Shown here: in pieces, positions 1 to 8,408 of the stretch | How positions within the stretch are numbered: position 1 is the stretch's first letter | Layout: each line of letters starts with the position of its first letter | NCBI GenBank assembly: GCA_044233485.1 | Contig: JBIIJY010000002.1 | Coordinates: 8,047 to 72,046, forward strand | Source: Minisyncoccia bacterium | GTDB lineage: Bacteria > Patescibacteriota > Minisyncoccia > Phycocordibacterales > UBA6065 | DNA: 64,000 nt | Direction of reading: 5' to 3' | Notes under the pieces: model-generated | What the model was told of the DNA's origin: nothing | The model's database searches: none | What the model saw: only the letters and a program-made list of their open reading frames with translations | Translations under genes and position numbers: made by a program

Positions 1-129
1 TGTAGTCTTACCAGCACCAGAGTGCCCGACAATGGTGATAAACTCCTTTGGGTTAACGGTAAATGAGACCTCATCAAGGGCTTTTGAGTTGTCGTTATAG
101 AGCTTCGTGACTTTATCAAAATAAATCAT
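1..129 (-). CDS. ftsE: ABC-type cell-division ATP-binding protein FtsE-like, N-terminal fragment (continues past window start)
   Basis: Reverse-strand translation from ATG at 129: MIYFDKVTKLYNDNSKALDEVSFTVNPKEFITIVGHSGAGKTT. Walker A GHSGAGKT is typical of FtsE. Confidence 0.55.
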   Translation of the reverse strand, partial: MIYFDKVTKLYNDNSKALDEVSFTVNPKEFITIVGHSGAGKTT

Positions 130-185
130 TCTTTCTATTTTATCCCCCAATGCTCCGGATGTACAGTCATTATGGTTGAGTATTT

Positions 186-725
186 TTAGGGATTAGCGAA
201 GCAACCCGCTTCTGTCCATGGGGAACCTATCGAGACACTCGATCGCCCACTGGAACCAACACAGAGATAACGTGTCGAGCCCACTCGCGCCGACTCACCA
301 GGCAAATAGACGATGATAGAAAAGAGTGAGTTGTCGGCCACCTGAGTACCACCGACGTACACGCAGTTTGTTGTACAAGCTGTACCAGTATTCGCGTACA
401 GTGAGTCACAGATTCTGACTGCCTCAGAGGCATACGTCCCAGAAAAAGCCTGTGCGGTACAGGTCGTTGATGTGCCAGCCCACCCACGTTTAAGATCGGC
501 AAAACTACCGTCATCAGCAAATTCTTGCATAAAGAGCTTTCTCATCTCGAGTATTGAGGTACGAATCGCCGCATCTCGGGCTCGACCACGAGCAGTATTA
601 AGTGAGGACAAGACTACGCTCGAGAGCATACCGATAATCGAAATGACCACGAGGAGCTCGATGAGTGTGAAGCCGGGGTAATACGGTCGGGCAATTGAGC
701 TAGTGAAAAATGACTTTAGACTCAT
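186..725 (-). CDS. type IV pilin / pseudopilin-like protein (prepilin N-terminal methylation domain)
   Basis: N-terminus GFTLIELLVVISIIGMLSSVVLSSL matches the class III signal peptide / N-methylation motif (G|FTLIE). Variable Cys-containing C-terminal domain. Confidence 0.75.
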   Translation of the reverse strand: MSLKSFFTSSIARPYYPGFTLIELLVVISIIGMLSSVVLSSLNTARGRARDAAIRTSILEMRKLFMQEFADDGSFADLKRGWAGTSTTCTAQAFSGTYASEAVRICDSLYANTGTACTTNCVYVGGTQVADNSLFSIIVYLPGESARVGSTRYLCVGSSGRSSVSIGSPWTEAGCFANP

Positions 726-783
726 ATGTACCTAAAAAGTATACCCTGACCGACTTTATTACTATCCCCACTCAAAGCTCGAG

Positions 784-1659
784 CTAGAGCCCTTTTTCTG
801 CGTCGATGAACTCCTGTATTTCACCCTCAAGCACCGCATCAGCATTAGAAGTCTCGATATTGGTCCGAACATCTTTAACAAGTTTGTACGGATGGAGAAC
901 ATAGTTGCGGATCTGATTTCCCCAGTCATTGGAAACGGTTTTTGAGATATAGAGACCTTTTTCTTGAGCTTTTTTCTCTTCCTGACGTAATTTATAGATT
1001 TTACCTTTGATGAGTTCTAATCCCTTCTCTTTGTTTTGTGCCATACTCCGCTCACTGGTCACATGGACAGAGAGCTTGGTCGGAAGGTGGACAATGCGCA
1101 CCGCCGTCTCTCGCTTGTTCACATTCTGGCCACCTGGCCCTCCTGCTTTTGCGGTAGTGATTTCAAACTCAGTCTCAGGAACTTCAATGTCAGTGTGTTT
1201 TTCAAGCTTGGGAATCACTTCTACCATAGCAAACGAAGTCTGTCGTAGCCCTTTTGCATTAAAAGGAGACTGTCGCACCAGACGATGGACTCCGGACTCG
1301 TTTTTCAAAGTACCATACACTCCTTTTCCTTGGATCTCGAGAGTGATGTTCCGATACCCTTTCTGATCATTTGGACTTTCGTCGAGCACATTGTAGCCCC
1401 ACCCGCGAGAATCAGCGTATTTAAGATACATTCGCATAAGCATTCCTACAAAGTCCTCAGCATCGTCTCCCCCCGCCCCAGCAAAAATGGTCATGACTGC
1501 ATCTCCAGAGTCATACGCCCCACCACCAGAGAGTTCAAGCTTAAGTGACTCTATTTCTTTGAGCGTGGCCTGTGCTTTAGCCTTATCAGACCAAAAGTCT
1601 GGTTGGTAGAGCAAAGCTTCGAGCTGGGCGAGTTTTTCTTCTTTAGGATTTAGTGACAC
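784..1659 (-). CDS. prfB: peptide chain release factor 2 (short N-terminus, no programmed frameshift, apparent GTG start)
   Basis: GGQ motif ([11 protein letters not shown]) and the RF2-specific SPF motif (QSPFNA). The first codon at 1659 is GTG. The upstream pilin gene stops 10 nt away, so no frameshift leader can fit. Confidence 0.85.
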   Translation of the reverse strand: MSLNPKEEKLAQLEALLYQPDFWSDKAKAQATLKEIESLKLELSGGGAYDSGDAVMTIFAGAGGDDAEDFVGMLMRMYLKYADSRGWGYNVLDESPNDQKGYRNITLEIQGKGVYGTLKNESGVHRLVRQSPFNAKGLRQTSFAMVEVIPKLEKHTDIEVPETEFEITTAKAGGPGGQNVNKRETAVRIVHLPTKLSVHVTSERSMAQNKEKGLELIKGKIYKLRQEEKKAQEKGLYISKTVSNDWGNQIRNYVLHPYKLVKDVRTNIETSNADAVLEGEIQEFIDAEKGL

Positions 1660-1668
1660 CTACTCATC

Positions 1669-2313
1669 TTAATTGCTCACATAGCCGTCTGTCCAGTAAC
1701 CAAACGCCCAACATGATGTGGCCGGAGTAGCACCATCGAGAGTTGTGGCATTAGTGCCCCCGTCACGCGCCCGATCAATCATTGAAGCAGGTACCCCTTG
1801 GCACGCCCCATCCCCTCCTACCGCATGAACAATCAATTTGTAATTCTGATTTGCATCTGACACGTAGATATACTGAGTTGCAGCTCCATTTGTTGATCGT
1901 AGTGGATCTCTCGGTAGAGTCGGGTACAGACCACTTGAGACGAGTTCGGGGATCCAGTCAACGTGTGGACCAGCGCCAGTCGCCCCTTGGCAAGTAGGAA
2001 CTCCTCCGCGTACATACTGACGAGCAGTCAAACTATCATATGAAGTTCCACTAAAATTACTGTAGTGTCCATTCCAACCACACGAACCCGGGTAGAAACC
2101 ATTTTGAGCATAGTACGACTGGAGTGCCGTATTTATATTCCGAAGATCTTGTAATCGCACTGCTTGCCGAGCTTTTTGCCGACCAGTATTGAGAGACGAC
2201 AAGACCACACTCGAGAGCATACCGATAATCGAAATGACCACGAGGAGTTCGATGAGCGTGAAGCCAGTTAATCTTTTACAACGCACGAAACTAATTGCAG
2301 AGAACATATACAC
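1669..2313 (-). CDS. type IV pilin-like protein, paralogue 2
   Basis: GFTLIELLVVISIIGMLSSVVLSSLNTGRQKAR prepilin motif. About 70 nt of 5' coding DNA is near-identical to the other two pilin paralogues. Confidence 0.75.
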   Translation of the reverse strand: MYMFSAISFVRCKRLTGFTLIELLVVISIIGMLSSVVLSSLNTGRQKARQAVRLQDLRNINTALQSYYAQNGFYPGSCGWNGHYSNFSGTSYDSLTARQYVRGGVPTCQGATGAGPHVDWIPELVSSGLYPTLPRDPLRSTNGAATQYIYVSDANQNYKLIVHAVGGDGACQGVPASMIDRARDGGTNATTLDGATPATSCWAFGYWTDGYVSN

Positions 2314-2350
2314 CTAGTATACATGCAGAGCGGAGGGTGCTGTGGACAAG

Positions 2351-2425
2351 TGAGCCAAAGGCGAGGATCGAACTCGCGACCCCAGCTTTACGAAAGCTGT
2401 GCTCTACCAACTGAGCTACTTTGGC
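2351..2425 (-). tRNA. tRNA-Thr(CGU)
   Basis: Reverse complement GCCAAAG-TA-GCTC-AGTTGGTA-GAGC-A-CAGCT-TTCGTAA-AGCTG-GGGTC-GCGAG-TTCGATC-CTCGC-CTTTGGC-T folds as a cloverleaf with anticodon CGT. No CCA encoded. Confidence 0.85.
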
Positions 2426-2608
2426 TAAAAGTGCCACCGAGAGAGCAGCACAAGGACCGTTTATAGGTACGGCCGACGCAGAGGTAGTATCAACGCTGCA
2501 GGACAGCTACACAACCCTGGGTCTGCCACGTGCGCACTGGCAGGAAGTCAGGCGACGTTTGCTCCCTCGATAGCAGACTCATACTATCATTTTCATACTT
2601 CTAGGCAA

Positions 2609-3187
2609 TTATGGATTAGCATAACAGCCAGACTCAGACCACATATAAGCATCATTGTTATTTGAGAATCCGCTAGCTTGGGTAAGCCCTGCTCCGTCTA
2701 CTTCAGAAACTCCTCCGCTACTTCCCACACAAAGAAAACGATTGGCACCGGCTTGTTGCGATCTTCCGGGAAGATAGAATATACTTGAGTATACAGTGTC
2801 AGGATTAGAGCCAGCCCAGGCGATACTTGTATTCCCTAACCACGCGCATGTATTACTTGGGCAGGTACCGATAGTAGCAATATATGATTGACAGAGCCTT
2901 ACCATCTCACTAGCATAATTACCACTAAATCCCCCACTCGAGCACCCGCCACTAGTACCAAACCAGCCAGAGACGTCACCGTTGCCTTTAAGTTGTGTGT
3001 AACTTCCAGTATCAGCAAACTGTTGTGCGTAGAGCGTCCGTATCTGTGTTGCGATCTGCCGGACTGCTGCATCACGAGCACGCAGACGTGAAGAGTTGAG
3101 TGAAGCAAGAATGACACTCGAGAGCATACCAATGATCGCAATTACGACGAGGAGTTCAATGAGAGTAAATGCTCTGAGAGGCTTCAT
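2609..3187 (-). CDS. type IV pilin-like protein, paralogue 3
   Basis: MKPLRAFTLIELLVVIAIIGMLSSVILASL. Start placed at the internal ATG (3187) that gives a short leader before G|FTLIE. The longer ORF to 3289 would run into tRNA-flanking hairpins. Confidence 0.7.
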   Translation of the reverse strand: MKPLRAFTLIELLVVIAIIGMLSSVILASLNSSRLRARDAAVRQIATQIRTLYAQQFADTGSYTQLKGNGDVSGWFGTSGGCSSGGFSGNYASEMVRLCQSYIATIGTCPSNTCAWLGNTSIAWAGSNPDTVYSSIFYLPGRSQQAGANRFLCVGSSGGVSEVDGAGLTQASGFSNNNDAYMWSESGCYANP

Positions 3188-3297
3188 GTAAAATAAGTAT
3201 ATCTCAGTTTGAATATGTATTTTACGCACGCATGTGAACAAGGCAATGTTCCGGCTTTCAATTCCGGACGTATGCAAAGTCATTTGCATACTTCATG

Positions 3298-3603
3298 AGC
3301 CAATGACCAGAATTGAACTGGTGACCTTTCCCTTCGCTTCTACCTCAACTTCAAAGAAAATTAAACCTACTTATACTTGAGGGCTAGACTGTATCTTATA
3401 CCGCATCTTAATACGTGGTGTGGTACCCCTTGTCAGTCGTTCGGGCCCGGGTGCAATGCACTTTAGGACCACGGTCTTGTCCGGCAGGCCTGTGTGGTCG
3501 TCGGATGTTAACCGTAATTCGGGTTATCCAATCGGATTACTCCGAGAGGAGGCAACAATGAACTGTCACCATGGGAATGCTCTACCAACTGAGCTACATT
3601 GGC
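3298..3603 (-). tRNA. tRNA-Thr(GGU) interrupted by a 233-nt group-I-like intron in the anticodon loop (exons 3568-3603 and 3298-3334)
   Basis: 5' exon GCCAATGTAGCTCAGTTGGTAGAGCATTCCCATGGT, 3' exon AAGGGAAAGGTCACCAGTTCAATTCTGGTCATTGGCT. Spliced together they give a canonical 73-nt cloverleaf with anticodon loop AU-GGU-AA and T-loop TTCAATT. The 5' exon ends in U and the intron ends in G. The intron has an R-like element (GACTGACA), an S-like element (AAGATACAGTCT) and a P7-type pairing GACTG/CAGTC. Confidence 0.6.
3335..3567 (-). ncRNA. putative group I intron (self-splicing) within tRNA-Thr(GGU); no ORF inside
   Basis: See the tRNA feature above. Omega-G at the 3' end, U at the 5' splice site, R/S-like core elements. 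Confidence 0.5.
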
Positions 3604-3684
3604 TTATTAAAACTACAAAGATCTTCTTTCACTCTCAGGAAAGACTAATACTACTGTATTCTCCGCTTTTTTCAATCCACACCC

Positions 3685-6600
3685 TTACCTCCCCCTCCCC
3701 ATCACCCCCCTCGTCACCGGGCCAAAGAAGCCAAGAGCGGGAGTAATGTTGTTGGCTTTCTGGTAGCGGATGAGAGCAGCACGGGTAGCAGGGCCAAAGT
3801 AGAAGGTTTCGTTGCCAGGAGAGCCAAAGCCTGTCGTAGAGACAGTGAAGCCTTGTGAGTTCAAGAAGCGTTGGAGGAGCTGTACATCAGTACCGTATGA
3901 AGAGACGGTGAGACTACGGGTGAAGGTAGTGGGTGTAATGGGTGGTGGGAGGATGTTGGTGGTCGATGAGAGGCGTAGGAGTGTGGTGGTACCTCGGGGG
4001 GTGTTGACGACCACAGGAGCAGAGCGGCCGCCACCTCCTCCGCCGGAGCGAGAGATGGTGGTGACTACGGGAGCCGGGACAACAGTGAGAGTGAATTCTT
4101 GAGTATGGTAGAAGACTTGAGCCGCTGAGAGTGTATCAGTGATTTTGATACTGAAGGTAGAGGTGGTAGCGGTGGTTGGAGTACCACTGATGATGCCGGT
4201 GCTGGTGTTGAGAGAGAGGCCGTCGGGGAGGGTGCCAGAGGTGAGTTCATACGTAACAGTTCCCTGCTCTCCCTTAGGAGTGAGGAGGGTGAAATATGAA
4301 GTGCCGACCGTAGCCTGTGAGATGGTCGGTGAAGAGAAGGAGATCAGCTGGAAGAGGAGGAGGCGCCTTGGCGCTTGATCTGCGTAGTAGAGGATTCTAT
4401 CAGAATTATTAAACTCCATCGAGTAACCGTACTGAATGGCACTTTGCGTGACGGAATTCGTGTCGGTTATTGAAGTAAAATTAGTACTGTTAAGTATCGC
4501 CACCGCCCCTTCGTTATTTGCAATATCTGCCGTGTCATAAATTTTGACTCGGGCGACGTTGGACGCTTGTGCGTCCATGACATAGAGAAGTTTATTTTGA
4601 GAATCAAATGTAAGCGCATTTGGGCCAGTGAAGCCGGACTGTGTTGTCTCACTTACCTGTGCAGTGAAATTTACTTGCCCGAGTACATACGAAGCATCCA
4701 TACCGTTCGTAATACCACTGGAGAGATCGAAGACAAGAATGCGGTTGAACTGACCATCAGCTACAAACAAGAGTGAACGACCTTCATCAATAGCAATATC
4801 ACTAATAAAAGTACTTGATGCCGTTGGTGATGCCGGCTCTGTATCTGTCGTAAAATCCGGCTGCCCGAGCACATACGAAGCATCCATACCGTTGGTGATA
4901 CCACTGGAGAGATCGAAGACAAGAATGCGGTAATTTGACGGGTCATTTACAAAAAGTCGCTTATGAAGAGAGTCATATTCAATCCCATCGCCGTTGTAAC
5001 CAGCAAACTGATTTTCAGAAAGACCAGGAGAAAGAGTGGTGAAGTTTGTCGAACCAAGTACGTATGAAGCATTCATATTATCTACAACTCCATTTGAAAC
5101 ATCGAACACCAAGACGCGCCCGAAGTAATCGAGTACGAATAGTCGCTGCTCTTCATCATCATAAGTGATAGATTTTGAACCCAAACCAAATCTATTTGCT
5201 GTTGTAGTGGCGTTACATTCACGCTCAATGGAATCACAGCCAATTACCGCCTCTGGAGTGGTATCTACCGGACGACCACTGGCAGTGAGATTATACACTC
5301 GGACTTCACCGTTACCTCCCACAAAAAGTCTGTTGCGTGTCTCATCGACAGCAATCGCTATAGGAATAAGTCTATTGAATACCGGCTGATCATACACCTG
5401 ACTCTTAGAAAAGTTTTGATTTCCCTGCGAGTCCGTCTGGCCGAGTACTCTATATGCACTCATACCGTTTTCGATAGTTCCCGGACTCACATTAAAGACC
5501 AAAACTCGAGCGCGATCACTATCTGCCACAAACAGGTCGAGCTCACCGTTACCTCTGACATTAATCTGTAAATCTCCTGCAGAACCTACGTTATTTCCAG
5601 AGACAGATGGGTCATAGTCAGACCCTGTATAGTATGCGGAAGTAAAGTTGGGACCACCCAACACATACGTCGCATCCATACCATTGGTAATCCCCCCCGA
5701 GAGGTCGAAGATGAGGATGCGACCAAATTCAAAAACATACAGTCTGTTTTGATGAACGGTAATCGAACTAGGCGCATTAACAAAACTAGAGCCGGTCATT
5801 CCTGTAACTCCCGACTCGAAATCCGGTTGCCCGAGTACATACGACGGATCCATGCCATTCGTGATTCCACCCGAGAGATCGAAGACAAGGATACGGTAGG
5901 AATATGCATCAAGTACAAAAAGTCTCTCGCTCACCTCATCGTAAAAAACATCATTTACATCAATCGTAGAACTCGCCGTCAAACTGTCTCCAAGATTTGT
6001 TTCCAAATCTGGCTGCCCGAGTGCATACGAAGCATCCATATTGTCCATAATCCCAGCACTCATATCAAAAATAAGCACTCGATTTAAGGTTTGATCTGTC
6101 ACAAATAATCGCTCAGTTGTCGTACTGTAGTGAATTTTTCCTACTGCAGCGAAGTTGTTTGCAAGTGGTGATAATGGTGAATCCCCTGTCTCAAAATCTG
6201 GCTGCCCGAGCACATACGACGCGTCCATACCATTGGTAATTCCCCCCGAGAGGTCGAAGACGAGAATGCGATTCCAAAGGTAGTCTGCAACATAGAGGAG
6301 TTGATTCACCGAGTCAATTTCGATTCCACTTGCTGCGAACTCACGGGCATTTGCGTCAACTGGACTATTGTTAGTCACAAAATCTGGTTGCCCCAGAACA
6401 TAGTCTGCAACATTATCAATAAGTTCATTATCAGTCGTAAGATTGTAGACCAAGATACGTGTCTCACCATCGAGAACATAGAGCTTGTGATGCACTGGAT
6501 CCAGAGTAATTGAAAAAGGCCACTGGAAACCGTTGGCGCTCGCATCGATATTCCCGCCGTATGAAGTAGTAAAGCTCGGATTACCACTTACATCAAACGT

Positions 6601-6735
6601 TCCAAGAACATCGGATGCATTAAAACCCGCTTCGGCCACTTGTGGTGCCCAAACGACGAGTGAGAGTATAGAGAGAAAAACTATTGTACCGAACTTTTGC
6701 ACAACACAAATTAGTATATCACCACTATCGCACAA
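3685..6735 (-). CDS. giant secreted beta-propeller (NHL/YVTN-like) repeat protein with Gly-rich linker and C-terminal peptidoglycan-binding-like domain
   Basis: Signal-peptide-like N-terminus (KFGTIVFLSILSLVVWAPQVAEA). At least 10 repeats of the type LYV.D....RILVFDLSGGITNGMDASYVLGQPDF. The C-terminus (DVQLLQRFLNSQGF...FGPATRAALIRYQKANNI...GFFGPVT) resembles a PG_binding_1 fold. Exact start uncertain. Confidence 0.7.
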   Translation of the reverse strand: MCDSGDILICVVQKFGTIVFLSILSLVVWAPQVAEAGFNASDVLGTFDVSGNPSFTTSYGGNIDASANGFQWPFSITLDPVHHKLYVLDGETRILVYNLTTDNELIDNVADYVLGQPDFVTNNSPVDANAREFAASGIEIDSVNQLLYVADYLWNRILVFDLSGGITNGMDASYVLGQPDFETGDSPLSPLANNFAAVGKIHYSTTTERLFVTDQTLNRVLIFDMSAGIMDNMDASYALGQPDLETNLGDSLTASSTIDVNDVFYDEVSERLFVLDAYSYRILVFDLSGGITNGMDPSYVLGQPDFESGVTGMTGSSFVNAPSSITVHQNRLYVFEFGRILIFDLSGGITNGMDATYVLGGPNFTSAYYTGSDYDPSVSGNNVGSAGDLQINVRGNGELDLFVADSDRARVLVFNVSPGTIENGMSAYRVLGQTDSQGNQNFSKSQVYDQPVFNRLIPIAIAVDETRNRLFVGGNGEVRVYNLTASGRPVDTTPEAVIGCDSIERECNATTTANRFGLGSKSITYDDEEQRLFVLDYFGRVLVFDVSNGVVDNMNASYVLGSTNFTTLSPGLSENQFAGYNGDGIEYDSLHKRLFVNDPSNYRILVFDLSSGITNGMDASYVLGQPDFTTDTEPASPTASSTFISDIAIDEGRSLLFVADGQFNRILVFDLSSGITNGMDASYVLGQVNFTAQVSETTQSGFTGPNALTFDSQNKLLYVMDAQASNVARVKIYDTADIANNEGAVAILNSTNFTSITDTNSVTQSAIQYGYSMEFNNSDRILYYADQAPRRLLLFQLISFSSPTISQATVGTSYFTLLTPKGEQGTVTYELTSGTLPDGLSLNTSTGIISGTPTTATTSTFSIKITDTLSAAQVFYHTQEFTLTVVPAPVVTTISRSGGGGGGRSAPVVVNTPRGTTTLLRLSSTTNILPPPITPTTFTRSLTVSSYGTDVQLLQRFLNSQGFTVSTTGFGSPGNETFYFGPATRAALIRYQKANNITPALGFFGPVTRGVMGRGR

Positions 6736-6801
6736 CCCATTATGCTCAATGTTAAAAACTCGCCCAAAGGCGAGTTTTTAACATTCATTTTAATAAGAGA
6801 A

Positions 6802-8322
6802 TTACTTGGTCATCAAATCTTTGTTCTTTTGATACCACTGGAATACATTCACCCCTGCAAGAATTATTACCACAAGGAGAAGCCAGAGCCATGCGGGCAC
6901 TCGAGAGAGGTCGATCGAGAGTGCAGCCGCGCCGGCAAGATTTCGATTGCCACTTCGAGCAACAGGATTCGTCCCGTCACCGTCGAGCACTGCGAGTGAA
7001 CAGTTTCGTACAATGGATTGTGTACCTGAAGTAACAGTTACAAACATATCTTTAGTACCACCTTCATTGTATGAGGTCGTGATCTGTGAAGTCGAACCAT
7101 TGACCCCGTCAGTTCCTGTCCAAGCGTATGAGTACTTGCCTGTTCCACCAGTCGGCTGAACAGTCCAGTTCACTTCCTGACCGATCTCTGCCTGATTTAC
7201 ACCAGGAACACAGACCGCATCAAGCTTTCCTGTTGCAGCGGCTGTAGCGACTGTCCGTGTCACTGTCGGAGCAACATAGGTTGTCACTGGAGCGACATAT
7301 GTCTGAGCTGGTCGTGAGGCTACTGTCACTGAAGGACAGTTCACACGACTCGTACGATACTGATTTCGAACAGTAAGGACGATATCTTTCGTACCAGCAG
7401 AACTGAAACTTGTCGTAAAACGACTTCCTCGACCATTGGTATCTGCCCCTGCCCAATAATATTCAAGGTCACCACCAGCATAGTCTGTGTATGCCGTAAA
7501 CTCTACCGTCGCACCTGTGAGTACGTATCGTGGAGACACCTCACATCGTGCGGTGCCGAAATTGTATCGGTCTCGAGAGTTGTTGTATGAATAGTCGTAA
7601 TAATTGTCGTTATAATAATCAGTCTCACGAACAGTTACACTGCCACAGTTAAGATAACTTGAGTAGCCATTAGTATCGTAGAGTGTTACATATGCATATT
7701 TCGTACCTGAGAAGTCATAGGTAATATCCATTCGTGATGAATCACCGTACAAACCCTCTGAACCAGACCAGGCATATGAATAAGAACCAGTCCCTCCATT
7801 TGGGTACACTCGCCAACGCACTGTCTGACCACGGTCGACAACTGAGCGGTCTGGTGAACAAGTACCATTTACATTTGACCCAGGGAAATTATTCCCACGG
7901 TTATTTGAGGCGTTTGTCGGGAGCCCACAACGAAGCTCGAGAATTCCACTATTAAATTGCTTTGCGGGGATTGAAGTCCAGCCACTATTTGTCCAACTAA
8001 TAATAAAGTTGTCACTTGGAGAATCAAAACTAATAGGAGTATAGCCAAGTGATACTGCCTGAGGATGTGAAGCACGACACACTGCCTGAGCAGTTGCCTC
8101 GTTTGCCTGATAGCGAGCAGCGTATGCGTTCAACACTCCTTCACCGTTTGTATTCGTGAAGACACAGTACTGCGTTGATCCGAGGAGACGGATCTCAGCG
8201 CCGGTAGGACATCCATACACTCGAGGTGGATTGTAATCTGCCGCTTGAGCACTTGTCGCGCCAAACGTAAGAGCAACTGCGGTGAGTCCGAGTGCATACA
8301 AAGCTGTTTTTAGCGTTTTCAT
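6802..8322 (-). CDS. secreted PKD-repeat protein with C-terminal transmembrane anchor
   Basis: Signal peptide MKTLKTALYALGLTAVALTFGATSAQA (start at 8322). Three PKD-like modules (YSYAWSGSEG / YYWAGADTNG / YSYAWTGTDG ... NCxSVTV). C-terminal WLWLLLVVIILAGVNVF helix followed by KNKDLMTK. Confidence 0.65.
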   Translation of the reverse strand: MKTLKTALYALGLTAVALTFGATSAQAADYNPPRVYGCPTGAEIRLLGSTQYCVFTNTNGEGVLNAYAARYQANEATAQAVCRASHPQAVSLGYTPISFDSPSDNFIISWTNSGWTSIPAKQFNSGILELRCGLPTNASNNRGNNFPGSNVNGTCSPDRSVVDRGQTVRWRVYPNGGTGSYSYAWSGSEGLYGDSSRMDITYDFSGTKYAYVTLYDTNGYSSYLNCGSVTVRETDYYNDNYYDYSYNNSRDRYNFGTARCEVSPRYVLTGATVEFTAYTDYAGGDLEYYWAGADTNGRGSRFTTSFSSAGTKDIVLTVRNQYRTSRVNCPSVTVASRPAQTYVAPVTTYVAPTVTRTVATAAATGKLDAVCVPGVNQAEIGQEVNWTVQPTGGTGKYSYAWTGTDGVNGSTSQITTSYNEGGTKDMFVTVTSGTQSIVRNCSLAVLDGDGTNPVARSGNRNLAGAAALSIDLSRVPAWLWLLLVVIILAGVNVFQWYQKNKDLMTK

Positions 8323-8408
8323 AGTGGTAACTTGAATTAAGTTCATAGATAGTAATTATATCGCGTTTTAGACGCGCTGTCAATGGCACCCGAGGGCTTT
8401 CCGAGGCC

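Noticed and set aside
784-1700. Search for the RF2 +1 frameshift site (CUU UGA C) upstream of prfB
   Set aside because: No upstream leader ORF can exist because the pilin gene stops 10 nt away. The in-frame upstream codon is TAG.
3420-3746. 108-aa plus-strand ORF overlapping the tRNA-Thr intron and exon
   Set aside because: Lies antisense within the intron-containing tRNA gene and promoter. No motif. Explained by the RNA feature.
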